The notes below the pieces were generated by a model. The model did no database searches, had not been told where the DNA came from, and saw only the letters and a list, made by a program, of their open reading frames with translations. A DNA stretch of 64,000 nt from Candidatus Woesearchaeota archaeon. Its GTDB lineage: Archaea; Nanobdellota; Nanobdellia; Woesearchaeales; UBA583. This document shows, one piece after another, positions 20,048 through 30,653 of the stretch. Position 1 is the stretch's first letter. Each line of letters begins with the position of its first letter. Both the position numbers and the translations under genes were made by a program. The stretch spans positions 64,001 to 128,000 of the forward strand of contig OZ242164.1 in the NCBI GenBank assembly GCA_965205335.1, read 5' to 3'.

Positions 20048-21091
20048 TCAAATACTACTTACTTTATTATTTAGTTTATTTCTATTTGGATGTATGTCTT
20101 GTACTAATTCATCACAGTTTCTATATCTTTCTCCTTTTTCACCAAACTTTTGAAAATATCTTTCATATTGTGGTTGATTATTATCATTTGGACTGGTGTA
20201 GCGAATGAGAGTAATAGGAAGTTCTTTTTTATCTTCATCACTAAAAATTTTATCCACGTTAAACTTTAGGCTTTGATGTCCAACTCCTAAAAATGTAAGC
20301 CTTATCTCCACGTTTGAATATTCTCCCATTAAATCTTTGATTCTTTTCTTTATGTGAGAAAAAGTGAACTGTATCTTTGCATCGTGGCAAGATACAGTGT
20401 TGGTTAAAGTTGAGTTTATAGTATTTGCCAGAAGACCTTCATCGGACATAGAGTTTTTAAATGTAAAACTACTTGGAAAACAATTTCCTTTTTTAATTTT
20501 TAAATATTCAAACTCAGGTAAAAATATTCCGTGTGGATAGAATATATCTTTTGCACAATTTATATAATGATCCTCAATCTCAAAACCTTTGTTTATTTCG
20601 TGTTCTCTTTTTTTCCCAATGGATATGCTTTTATATTCCTCTCTAAAGAAATCAATAATCTTTAAAAGAAGAATATTGTCATAATTAAAATTCACAAACA
20701 TAATCTTGTTTTCGGTGTTGCTATTGGGCAATAATCTGTTCAGATCGTGATTCTTAATAAACTTGTCAATCCAATCGTTTTTTGGCCTAATGTTGGTTTT
20801 TGATTTAAATATTTCATTTACACCTGCAAAAAGCACATCTTCGATTTCTGAGCCATTTTCCTTAGTTTTGGCAACCTCACTAATCATTTCATCAACTGTT
20901 TCATATCCATTAGGTTTGCCTATCTTTTCTAATCCTTCTAAGAGGGTTTGACGAATGGTAGAACTGATGTTTTTGTTATTGCTTATATGTTCTCTTAGTA
21001 AGTTCTGTAATTCTCTCCATAGAGGTAACCCATAATCCTTTGATGCACCTGCTCCTAAGATGAATATGTCAATATATTTTGTTTTTTTCAT
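20048..21091 (-). CDS. SIR2-like domain protein (possible NADase defence effector)
   Basis: FILGAGAS.DYGLP, FVNFNYD, YPHG, TFLGVG motifs. Confidence 0.8.
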   Translation of the reverse strand: MKKTKYIDIFILGAGASKDYGLPLWRELQNLLREHISNNKNISSTIRQTLLEGLEKIGKPNGYETVDEMISEVAKTKENGSEIEDVLFAGVNEIFKSKTNIRPKNDWIDKFIKNHDLNRLLPNSNTENKIMFVNFNYDNILLLKIIDFFREEYKSISIGKKREHEINKGFEIEDHYINCAKDIFYPHGIFLPEFEYLKIKKGNCFPSSFTFKNSMSDEGLLANTINSTLTNTVSCHDAKIQFTFSHIKKRIKDLMGEYSNVEIRLTFLGVGHQSLKFNVDKIFSDEDKKELPITLIRYTSPNDNNQPQYERYFQKFGEKGERYRNCDELVQDIHPNRNKLNNKVSSI

Positions 21092-21134
21092 AATTATTCT
21101 ACATAAGTTTGTATTATAAATTTATTGTGTAGTG

Positions 21135-21262
21135 GGTTCTGTCCAGAAATTGTTTTTTCCGAATTTAATACTAATTATATTTAATTAAAGAAAAAAATTA
21201 TTTGTTAAAAATTGTTTTATTTATATAACATCTTGAGTTCTCTTGACTTTCCGGACAGAGCC
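21135..21262. mobile_element. Complete 128-bp MITE with IS5-type TIRs
   Basis: GGTTCTGTCCAGAAA...TTTCCGGACAGAGCC; collinear with the reverse complement of 48469-48596; no TSD. Confidence 0.85.
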
Positions 21263-21372
21263 GATTAATTATTTTATCAAATAGCTGATAAAAGAACTTA
21301 GGTAGAAAATAAAGAGAGAAAACATTAAAAAATAAAGTAAAATTTATATGAAAGAAAAAATTCTTTATATTA

Positions 21373-22500
21373 ATGGGCTTAAAATTAATAGAATTTTCTG
21401 TAGAAAACTATAGAAATTTGAATATTGATAAAGTAAAGGTGAATAATAAATTATCTATTGTTGGAATTAATAATATAGGAAAAACTAATTTAATTAAACT
21501 TATTTCTTATGTTTTACATCCTGACAGATATCCTTCAAATAATGAATTTTTTTCCAAAAAAGAGAATTATTCTAATCCTGATAAACCAATAATTGTTGAT
21601 TTGGCTTTTAGTGTGGATGAAGATATTAAACAGGATGGATATTTTATGAAATACTTTGAAGATTTTATTCATCAAGATAAAATATTTCTAAAATTTGAAA
21701 GAAAATGGCATGGTGAAGCAAACTTCTATATTGCTGGTTCAGGTGATTTTTATAGAGAATATCCTGAATGGGTTAAACAACATAGATTTAGACAATTTAA
21801 TGCTTATTTCATTACAACAGAAAAAAGTTACTTAGACGACTTCAATTTAGATAACAATAATTCATTAATTTCCGATTACTTGGAATTTCTTAAGACATAT
21901 GATTATCCCAAATTTGAAGAATTTTCTGATAGAAATAAATTAGTTGATACTCTCTCAAATTTGAATTTAAAAATTAATTTACAAAGGTTTTTCCCACAGA
22001 TTAAAGAATACTATTTTGAATTTAATAGTGAGGAAAATAAACTTGAAATATATATTAATGAAAATGGGACAAATAGGTCTTTAAATCAGATGGGATCGGG
22101 TTTAAAAAAATTATTTTTGTTAAATATTTATTTTTATTTCTTTGAGATTCTAAAGAGTAGTAAAGGACAGATGTTATTGTTAATTGATGAACCTGAAGTT
22201 AATCTTCATCCTTCTGCTCAAAGATCTATTTCAGAACTATTAAATGAGATTTCTAAAAATCAGCAAATTATAATAACTACACATTCTCCTTATATTATAG
22301 AAGATTTATTTAATATTGAGGATATTTTACTTCTCAAAAAAGATAATAACTCAAATCAGACATCTGGAAATCAAATAAATATAACAACCTTAAATGAAAT
22401 AAGTGAAGAGAAAATAATTTCCGAATTAAATTCAATAAAAAAAGAAATATTTTTTGCAGATAAAGTTATAATTGTAGAAGGATATTCTGATTATTTATAG
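21373..22500 (+). pseudogene. OLD-family ATP-dependent nuclease truncated at the start of TOPRIM
   Basis: GINNIGKT, MGSG, LIDEPEVNLHP, TTHS; stops right after FFADKVIIVEGYSD. Confidence 0.8.
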
Positions 22501-24529
22501 TTCAAACGGTGATGGTTTTGCTGAATATGATAGAACTAAAAAATCAGGTAAAATTGAAAGGGAGTTAAAATTAGAACAATTTCCATCACCTGAAGAACTC
22601 TGGGAAAGATATAAAGAAGCAAGAGACATAAAAGATCCAGAAGTTGAAAAATTAATTACTCAAGATTATTATGTAGATGTTAATTCTGATAGAGAGCCGA
22701 GATATTATCAGAGGGTTGCCATTAATAGAACAATTGAAGCGGTTGCAAAAGGACAAAACAGGATTTTACTCGTTATGGCAACAGGAACAGGAAAAACTTA
22801 TACTGCATTTCAAACTATTTGGAGACTTTGGAAATCTGGAGTTAAAAAAAGAATTTTATTCTTAGCAGACAGGAATATCTTAGTAGATCAAACTATGGCG
22901 AATGATTTTAGACATTTTGGAGATAAAATGACTAAAGTTACTAAAAGAAAGGTTGATACATCATATGAAATCTATTTAGCATTATATCAAGGTTTAACTG
23001 GTGAAGATGAAGTAAAAAATATTTACAAACAATTTTCTAAAGATTTTTTTGATTTGGTTATTGTGGATGAGTGTCATAGAGGAAGTGCGGCAGAGGATTC
23101 TGCCTGGAGAGAAGTATTGGAATACTTTTCAAGTGCAACCCAAATAGGAATGACTGCAACACCAAAAGAAACTAAAGAGGTTTCAAATATTCATTATTTT
23201 GGAGAACCAATATACACATATTCCTTAAAGCAAGGTATTGAAGATGGGTTTTTAGCACCTTATAGAGTAATTAGAATTACATTTGATAAGGACATTGAAT
23301 GGAGGCCTTATTTACAACAAACAGATAGATATGGAGAATTAATACCAGATAGAGAATATAATATTAAAGATTATGATAGGAAAATTGTTTTAGAAAAAAG
23401 AACTGAACTTGTAGCAAAAAAAGTTAGTGAATATTTAAAGGAAACAGATAGATTTGATAAGACAATAATTTTCTGTACTGATATTGAACACGCAGAACGC
23501 ATGACACTTGCTTTAATGAATGAAAATAGCGATTTGGTAGCTAAGAATAGAAAATACGTGATGCAGATTACAGGTGATAATGATGAAGGTAAAAAAGAAT
23601 TAGATAATTTCATTGACCCTGAAATTTCATATCCTGTTATTGCTACAACATCCAAGTTAATGACTACTGGTGTTGATGCTCAAACTTGTAAATTAATTGT
23701 TTTAGATTCTAATATACAGTCAATGACTGAATTTAAACAAATTATTGGTAGGGGAACAAGAATTAATGAAGAATTTGGAAAATTTTATTTTACTATTCTT
23801 GATTTTAGAGGCGTTACTCGTTTATTTGCTGACCCTGATTTTGATGGTGAGCCTGTTGAAATATATGAATCATCAGGAGATGAACCACCAGTAATTAAAG
23901 AAGATGAGGCAGTTGAGGAAGAAGTAGAAGTAAAAGAAGGAGTTTACTTTAACAAAAGAAAAGAAAAAATTAGAAAATATTATGTTAATAATGTGCATGT
24001 AAGTGTAGCATCTCAAAGAGTACAATATTATGATAGTGATGGTAAATTAATTACTGAAAGTCTAAAAGATTATTCTAAGAAGAATATTCTTCAGGAATAC
24101 AGAGAAATGAGTGATTTCTTAACAAAATGGGGAAGTTTTAAGAAATCTGCTGTGATTAAGGAACTTGAAGAACAAGGTGTTTTATTTAGTGAGTTAGAAA
24201 AAGAGATAGGTAAAGATTTAGATCCCTTTGATTTGGTTTGTCATATTGCTTACGACCAAAAACCCCTAACAAGAAAGGAAAGAGCCAATAATGTTAAAAA
24301 AAGAAACTATTTTGGGAAATATGGAGATAAAGCAAGAAAAGTTATTGATGTACTTTTAGATAAATATGCAAGTAGTGGAATTGAAAATATTGAAGATTTA
24401 AATGTGTTAAAAGTTAAACCATTATCCGATATGGGTTCACAGTTAGAAATTGTAAATATTTTTGGGGGAAAATCTGGTTACTTAAAAGTTATAGCAGAAC
24501 TTGAAAAACAATTGTATGGAGAGTTATAA
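22496..24529 (+). pseudogene. hsdR: Type I restriction subunit (EcoAI-like) lacking its N-terminal nuclease region
   Basis: Frame reads YSSNGDGF...FPSPEELW...PRYYQ upstream of MATGTGKT; DECH, GMTATP, QIIGRGTR present; no start codon or ExK catalytic motif upstream. Confidence 0.85.
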
Positions 24530-24533
24530 TAAG

Positions 24534-25955
24534 ATGACAGTTAATACAACAAATATTAAATCAATACAAGACATTATGCGTAAAGATGCTGGTGTAGATG
24601 GTGATGCTCAAAGAATTTCACAATTGGTTTGGATGATTTTTTTAAAAGTATTTGATGATAAGGAAAAGGAATGGGAATTAAAGGATAATTATGAATCTCC
24701 AATCCCGGAAGAGTTAAGATGGCGTAGTTGGGCTTCGGATAAAGAAGGTATTACTGGTGATGGATTATTGGATTTTGTTAATAATAATTTATTTAAATCT
24801 CTAAAAAATTTATCTATTAGCAAGGATAATGAAAAGGGAATTTTAGTTAGAGACGTGTTTGAGGATGCTTATAATTATATGAAGTCTGGAACTTTAATTA
24901 GACAAGTCGTAAATGAGATTAATAAGATTGATTTTACAAGTTCTGAAGATAGACACACATTTAATGATATTTATGAAAACATTTTGAAGGATTTGCAGAG
25001 TGCAGGAAATGCTGGAGAGTTCTATACGCCAAGGGCAGTCACTCAGTTTATTGTAGACATGATTAATCCCCAATTAGGTGAAAATGTGGTTGATCCTGCT
25101 TGTGGTACTGGTGGTTTTTTAATTTGTTCATTAGAACACTTAAGGGAACAAGTAAAAGATGTTGAAGGTAGAAAAATATTACAAGAATCTATATTAGGTA
25201 CTGAAAAAAAACCTCTACCTCATTTGCTTTGTACTACTAATATGATTTTACACGATATTGAAATACCAAATATTAGACATGATAATTCTTTAGCAAGACC
25301 ACTTAGAAGCATCGGACAATCTGAAAGGGTAGAAGTTGTTGTAACCAATCCACCTTTTGGAGGTGTTGAGGAAGATGGTATTTTAGCAAATTTTCCTTCT
25401 GCTTACAAGACGAAAGAAACAGCAGATTTATTCTTAGTTCTTGTAATGCAAATGCTTAAAGATAGAGGCAGATGTGGTTTAGTTTTGCCAGATGGTTTTT
25501 TATTTGGTGAGGGTGTTAAGACAAGGATTAAAGAAAAACTGTTAGCAGAATTTAATTTGCACACAATTGTAAGATTGCCTAATGGAGTATTCAGTCCTTA
25601 TACTGGAATCAATACTAATTTATTATTTTTTGAAAAAGGAACGCCTACTAAAGAAATTTGGTATTTTGAACACCCATATCCTGAAGGTGTTAAAAATTAC
25701 AACAAGACGAAGCCTATTCACATCAAAGAATTTGATTTGGAGAAATCTTGGTGGGATAACAGGGTTAAAAATCAGTATGCTTGGAAGGTTAGTATTGATG
25801 AGATTAAAGGGAGAAATTATAATTTAGATATTAAAAACCCAAATAAAACAGTTGAAGAAAAACAATACAGTTCCAAAGAATTAATTGAAATGCTTGATAA
25901 AAGTATTGCTAAAAGCAAATCAACATTAGATTTGATTAAAAATGAATTATTATAA
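24534..25955 (+). CDS. hsdM: Type I RM methyltransferase subunit
   Basis: IQDIMRKDAGVDGDAQR, GEFYTPR, DPACGTGGFL, NPPFGG. Confidence 0.95.
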   Translation: MTVNTTNIKSIQDIMRKDAGVDGDAQRISQLVWMIFLKVFDDKEKEWELKDNYESPIPEELRWRSWASDKEGITGDGLLDFVNNNLFKSLKNLSISKDNEKGILVRDVFEDAYNYMKSGTLIRQVVNEINKIDFTSSEDRHTFNDIYENILKDLQSAGNAGEFYTPRAVTQFIVDMINPQLGENVVDPACGTGGFLICSLEHLREQVKDVEGRKILQESILGTEKKPLPHLLCTTNMILHDIEIPNIRHDNSLARPLRSIGQSERVEVVVTNPPFGGVEEDGILANFPSAYKTKETADLFLVLVMQMLKDRGRCGLVLPDGFLFGEGVKTRIKEKLLAEFNLHTIVRLPNGVFSPYTGINTNLLFFEKGTPTKEIWYFEHPYPEGVKNYNKTKPIHIKEFDLEKSWWDNRVKNQYAWKVSIDEIKGRNYNLDIKNPNKTVEEKQYSSKELIEMLDKSIAKSKSTLDLIKNELL

Positions 25956-25957
25956 AA

Positions 25958-27439
25958 ATGAAAGCACCTGAAAAATTTAGAATTATAGCTGGCAGTCCAT
26001 TTTCAAAAATAGCTTCTTACTATATTGATGTAATCCTAAAAAATTTACCTGAAAAAACTATTAAAGACTATAAATTAGAAATTAATACTGGTAAAACTCC
26101 TTCAATGTCTAAACAAAAATATTATGACTATGAAGAATTTAATTGGTTTAAACCAAATGAAATAGGGAATGGAATTTATTTGAATGAGTCAGAAAATAAA
26201 ATCTCAAATCTTGCTATTAAAGAAAAACAAGCGACAGTTTTTAAAAAACACACATTACTGATAAATTGTATTGGTGATGTTGGAAGGTTAGGAATTTTAA
26301 CCAAAGAAGCATCAAGTAATCAACAAATAACAGGAATATTATTTAATGACAAAGTATTACCTGAATTTGCTTACTTTTATTTACTTGGAAAAAAAGATTA
26401 CTTTATATTAAATTCGTCTTCTACCACTTTACCTATAATTAATCAAAAGAAATTATTATCATTTCCATTTAAATGTCCATCCATTCCAGAACAAAGAAAT
26501 ATTGTTGATTTTATATTATATTGTTGGGATTGTTTTGATAAGAACTTAATACCTGAAAAATTCAATTTTGATTTAACAAATGAAGTTTATGAGTTTTCTA
26601 AAAAAATATTTCAAATTTATTACACTCAGAATTCTATTATTTTAGAACAAGAAAATCAGCAAAAAAATCTAAATAAACTTAAAGAAGCAATATTACAAGA
26701 AGCAGTTCAAGGAAAGTTAGTTAAACAAAACTCTAATGATGAACCAGCATCGGTTTTACTTGAAAAAATTAAAAAAGAAAAAGAGCAATTAATTAAAGAA
26801 AAGAAAATTAAAAAAGAAAAACTATTACCTGAAATAACACAAGATGAAATTCCTTATGACTTACCTAATAATTGGGAGTGGAGTAGATTGGGAAATATTA
26901 GTGAAATAATAATGGGACAATCCCCTCCTTCAGCAACATACAATGATAAAATGGTTGGATTACCATTTTATCAAGGAAAAACTAATTTTGGAAAAATTCA
27001 TCCAACACCTACAAGTTGGTGTTCTAAGCCGGTGAAAATTATACAAAAAGATGATATTTTGATTTCTGTAAGAGCACCTGTAGGTCCAACAAATTTAAGT
27101 ATAGAAGAATCTTGTATTGGGAGAGGTTTGGCTGGAATTCGTCCAATTTTAGTAAATTACAAATATATATTAATATTTTTTAAAGCAATTGAACCTATAT
27201 TTTCAAAAAAAGGATATGGTTCCACATTTTCTGCAATTACAAAAAAAGACTTATATTTTGAGTTGCTACCGCTTCCACCATTAGAAGAACAAAAAAGAAT
27301 TGTTGAGAAAGTTGATACACTTATGATTTATTGTGATGAATTGGAACAGGAGATTAATAAATCTAAACAACAAGCAGAACAATTGACACAATCTGTATTA
27401 AAAGAAGCATTTACAGAAAAATTAGAATTAAAATTATAA
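25958..27439 (+). CDS. hsdS: Type I RM specificity subunit
   Basis: Two TRDs; PSIPEQRNIV, AVQGKLV.Q...DEPAS.LL, PLPPLEEQKRIV. Confidence 0.92.
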   Translation: MKAPEKFRIIAGSPFSKIASYYIDVILKNLPEKTIKDYKLEINTGKTPSMSKQKYYDYEEFNWFKPNEIGNGIYLNESENKISNLAIKEKQATVFKKHTLLINCIGDVGRLGILTKEASSNQQITGILFNDKVLPEFAYFYLLGKKDYFILNSSSTTLPIINQKKLLSFPFKCPSIPEQRNIVDFILYCWDCFDKNLIPEKFNFDLTNEVYEFSKKIFQIYYTQNSIILEQENQQKNLNKLKEAILQEAVQGKLVKQNSNDEPASVLLEKIKKEKEQLIKEKKIKKEKLLPEITQDEIPYDLPNNWEWSRLGNISEIIMGQSPPSATYNDKMVGLPFYQGKTNFGKIHPTPTSWCSKPVKIIQKDDILISVRAPVGPTNLSIEESCIGRGLAGIRPILVNYKYILIFFKAIEPIFSKKGYGSTFSAITKKDLYFELLPLPPLEEQKRIVEKVDTLMIYCDELEQEINKSKQQAEQLTQSVLKEAFTEKLELKL

Positions 27440-27483
27440 AATATGCAAATTCCCTAAATTATTAACTAAATCAAAATAGAAAT

Positions 27484-28719
27484 CTAATGTGAAATATTAG
27501 CTAAATGCAAAGTTAAGAAAACTTCTTTTTTTGAACCATGTGAAGATAAGAATTTATATTTAAAACTACTTTCAGAAACATCTTTCTCAAAGGAAATATA
27601 ATTAGAATGATTTTCTATATATTCTTTTGATTTTTCAAGAACATCTTGAAAATCGCTATTTCTAGAAAATATTATGTAACTACATTTGGAATCCCTCCAA
27701 GTTAAATTATCTAAAAGTTGAGTTATTCCTTCAATAAAATATATTTCTCCTTTCCAGATTTTACACTCAGAAATATATAAATTCTTATCTTTATATCTTA
27801 TTAATATATCTGTTTTACCACTCCTATTAAATGCTTCAGATGAGACAAGTCCATTAAATGAAGCAGAAGCATTGAGAGCAGTAACTATCATATCTCTTAA
27901 TGATTCTTCTTTTAAATCTTTAATAGGTTTGGAACATCTTTCAATATTAATTAAGATAGAGTTTATAGTTCTAGTAATTTTATCATAGGTTGATTCATAT
28001 AAAATTGGATCTTTAGAGGGAGAATCTTCATTTAATATCTCTATGTTGAACTTCTCTATTGGGTTAACAAAACCAATGGGATTAGCATCTTCTTTTTTCT
28101 TTGAAGGTATTCCTAAAGAGTTTATTATTTCATCATCTTTTTCTAGTTTACTTTTTCTAGTTTGAATTTCAGAAGATATTAAATTTTGTATTTGTTCGTT
28201 ATATTGTGAAATATCTTTATTTAACCAATTTAAATACTTTAAGACCAATTCCTCATCATATTTTATTCTTTTAAGAAGTTCTTCAGATGATTCAGATTCT
28301 GATAAAAAGTCAAAATTCAAGATTACTTCATTTTCTAAAACTTTACCCTTTGGATAAACAGTTGTATAAGAAGAAGGCATTACTGAAAATAAATCTAATG
28401 TTCCTCCTGAAAATGGAATATGTATCTTTATCCTTTTTCCTTTTTTAATTATTCTTTTTCCCGTATGGGATGCAAAATATTTTGGGTTTTGACTTAAATC
28501 AATATCAACTTCTCCACCATCACTTTGATAATAATCTTCAGTTTTAAATGGTTCTATTTTCCATTTGTGAAATAAGATTAAGGATAATGAATCTTCTGAA
28601 TTCTCTAAAGCCTTTTTATCTAAATTATTAATGTCATTTTTTACTAAATTTTTTCTCACTTCAAAATATCCATAAGAATCATATTTAGTAAATAGATAAT
28701 CCATAAAATAAACTTCCAT
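27484..28719 (-). CDS. Protein with a C-terminal PD-(D/E)xK-like nuclease domain
   Basis: EESLRD...EAFNRSGKTDILI...ISECKIW.G. Confidence 0.7.
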   Translation of the reverse strand: MEVYFMDYLFTKYDSYGYFEVRKNLVKNDINNLDKKALENSEDSLSLILFHKWKIEPFKTEDYYQSDGGEVDIDLSQNPKYFASHTGKRIIKKGKRIKIHIPFSGGTLDLFSVMPSSYTTVYPKGKVLENEVILNFDFLSESESSEELLKRIKYDEELVLKYLNWLNKDISQYNEQIQNLISSEIQTRKSKLEKDDEIINSLGIPSKKKEDANPIGFVNPIEKFNIEILNEDSPSKDPILYESTYDKITRTINSILINIERCSKPIKDLKEESLRDMIVTALNASASFNGLVSSEAFNRSGKTDILIRYKDKNLYISECKIWKGEIYFIEGITQLLDNLTWRDSKCSYIIFSRNSDFQDVLEKSKEYIENHSNYISFEKDVSESSFKYKFLSSHGSKKEVFLTLHLANISH

Positions 28720-28883
28720 TTTATAGTTTATATTATTTTTGTTTATTCATTTTTCTTTTTATGAGTATATTATATTCATGAAAACAGTAATATTATTTAG
28801 TAATTTTATAGAATATTGGTAAATAGTATTTTATTTCTTTAGTTTTGCCTATATCCTTATAGTGATATTCTTCAGAATATATT

Positions 28884-29320
28884 TTTGTCTCTACAATATT
28901 CTAATTATTGCTTATTAAACCCATTATTGCTCCAATTATGCCTCCTAATATCAATCCTATAAGTAATCCTAATATTGTTACTATTCCCATCACTATTATT
29001 CTTTTTGTTATTGTATATTCTTCTCCTATAATTGTTCCTATGAATAATCCTATAAACCCTAAAACCACGCCACCATATCTTGCTCCTTTCTCTGTATTTC
29101 TATGTATTGCTTTAATTCTTTTTTTATATGAAATTTTTTTTCTAGCCATAAAAATTAGAGAGTTAAATTATTTATAAATTTATGTCAATTTTGTCTCTGT
29201 CCAGAAATTAATTCACTTAAAACAAAAAAGGAAGATTTGAAAAGTACAGCACAATTCCCACTTTCCTAATTTTAATGATATTATTAAAAGGAAAAGATAT
29301 TTAAGTAGTTGGAGACTAAA
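28884..29320. mobile_element. Family-B end pair enclosing a small membrane gene
   Basis: TTTGTCTCTACAATATT ... GTTGGAGACTAAA inverted termini; hairpin at 29238-29264; internal IS5-type end at 29193. Confidence 0.5.
28901..29149 (-). CDS. Small glycine-zipper two-TM protein
   Basis: GxxxG-rich helices; TATA box upstream. Confidence 0.65.
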   Translation of the reverse strand: MARKKISYKKRIKAIHRNTEKGARYGGVVLGFIGLFIGTIIGEEYTITKRIIVMGIVTILGLLIGLILGGIIGAIMGLISNN

Positions 29321-29328
29321 TAACTTTA

Positions 29329-29775
29329 TCAAAGAATTTGGTTGCAAAAATCTTTTATAAGATCTTTATCCAATTCAAATTCTTTTCTATATCCAAGATA
29401 ATTTCTTGATTTTGGCGTTATTTTTTTACCTTCTTTTAGTTCTTTGAAAGTTATACATTTAATATGTTTTCTTGAAACAACAATAAAATAACAATTCTTA
29501 TATGGATATCCTTTAGGTAAATTTTTTATTGAAAATTCTTCATTAACTCTAAACTTCACTTCTATAAAATAAATTTTTTTACCCTTTTGAACAACAAAAT
29601 CAGGCATACTCCTTATATATGTAGCCACATCACTTTTAACTCCTTTTAGACGAGGCATTATGCCTGGGACAGTTTTTTCCATTCCATATCCATACACATT
29701 ATAATCTGAATTAAGAAAAAGTTCTTCAATTAAATTTTCAGTAGTTCTTCCTTTAATCACATTTTCTTTTTTCAT
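29329..29775 (-). CDS. PD-(D/E)xK nuclease
   Basis: GRTTE..IEELF, MPDFVV, FIEVKFR. Confidence 0.75.
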   Translation of the reverse strand: MKKENVIKGRTTENLIEELFLNSDYNVYGYGMEKTVPGIMPRLKGVKSDVATYIRSMPDFVVQKGKKIYFIEVKFRVNEEFSIKNLPKGYPYKNCYFIVVSRKHIKCITFKELKEGKKITPKSRNYLGYRKEFELDKDLIKDFCNQIL

Positions 29776-29807
29776 TCTTTGATTTTTTATTAATTAATAA
29801 TTTGCTT

Positions 29808-30605
29808 TCACTTTATTTTATTTTTATAGTATTTATTCTTGAAATCATGTAAATTCATAGTTCCCATAGACCTATTACAACTCATACAAATAGGCTTTAA
29901 ATTTGATATATTATCACTTCCACCTTTAGCAACTGCTTTAATATGTCCTGCTTCAAATCTATGAGTGTCAATTGATTTGCTGCATACAAAACAATTTCCT
30001 TTATACTTTTTTCCAAAATTTCTTATCCACAAATCTTTTTTTACAGATTTAGGAATGCTCTTTCTTTTCCCTTGATGTTCGTAACTATCATCATTAAATA
30101 AATCTAATCCAAAATCCATAGCACTTCCTTTTTTCTTTATTGTTTTAATAGGTGGTTCTTCGCCTAACCATATCCAATAATCTTCTTTCCATTCTTTATT
30201 TGAACCATGATTACATTTTTTACAAATAAAATAATGTCTATCATATTTCTTTTCTCTCATTATAGTTTTTTGGCTACTTTCATCATCTTCAGTAGTTCCA
30301 TCCTCATATTGAAATTCTCTTTCATAATAAGTATAGGGTTCTTTTTTAATTCCTAAATCTTCTTCCCATTCTGTATTTTCATTTTTTGTGAATATTCTTT
30401 TACATCTTGGACATTGTGTATTGTAAATATGATAAGTTCCCATTCCTGAGAGGATTGGAACAATAATAAAATATATCTTTAAACTTGTATTGGTTGAATA
30501 CATAAATAAAAGAACTTCTATTATTACAGTGATTAATGTAATTCCACCTAAAATATATAGTGGATTTTTGTAGTATTCCAGAGGTTCTATATCATAACTT
30601 TCCAT
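29808..30605 (-). CDS. Membrane-anchored Zn-finger HNH endonuclease
   Basis: Two TMs, CPRC..CKKC, CFVC...GHIKAVAKGGSDNISNLKPICMSCN. Confidence 0.85.
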   Translation of the reverse strand: MESYDIEPLEYYKNPLYILGGITLITVIIEVLLFMYSTNTSLKIYFIIVPILSGMGTYHIYNTQCPRCKRIFTKNENTEWEEDLGIKKEPYTYYEREFQYEDGTTEDDESSQKTIMREKKYDRHYFICKKCNHGSNKEWKEDYWIWLGEEPPIKTIKKKGSAMDFGLDLFNDDSYEHQGKRKSIPKSVKKDLWIRNFGKKYKGNCFVCSKSIDTHRFEAGHIKAVAKGGSDNISNLKPICMSCNRSMGTMNLHDFKNKYYKNKIK

Positions 30606-30653
30606 ATTAAATATAAGTTTCAGTTTAATCTTTTATAAACTTAATTATTTGAT

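Noticed and set aside
20048-21091. Thoeris, DSR or SIR2-HerA system
   Set aside because: No TIR, HerA, pAgo or long sensor domain adjacent; only a stand-alone SIR2-like call is supported
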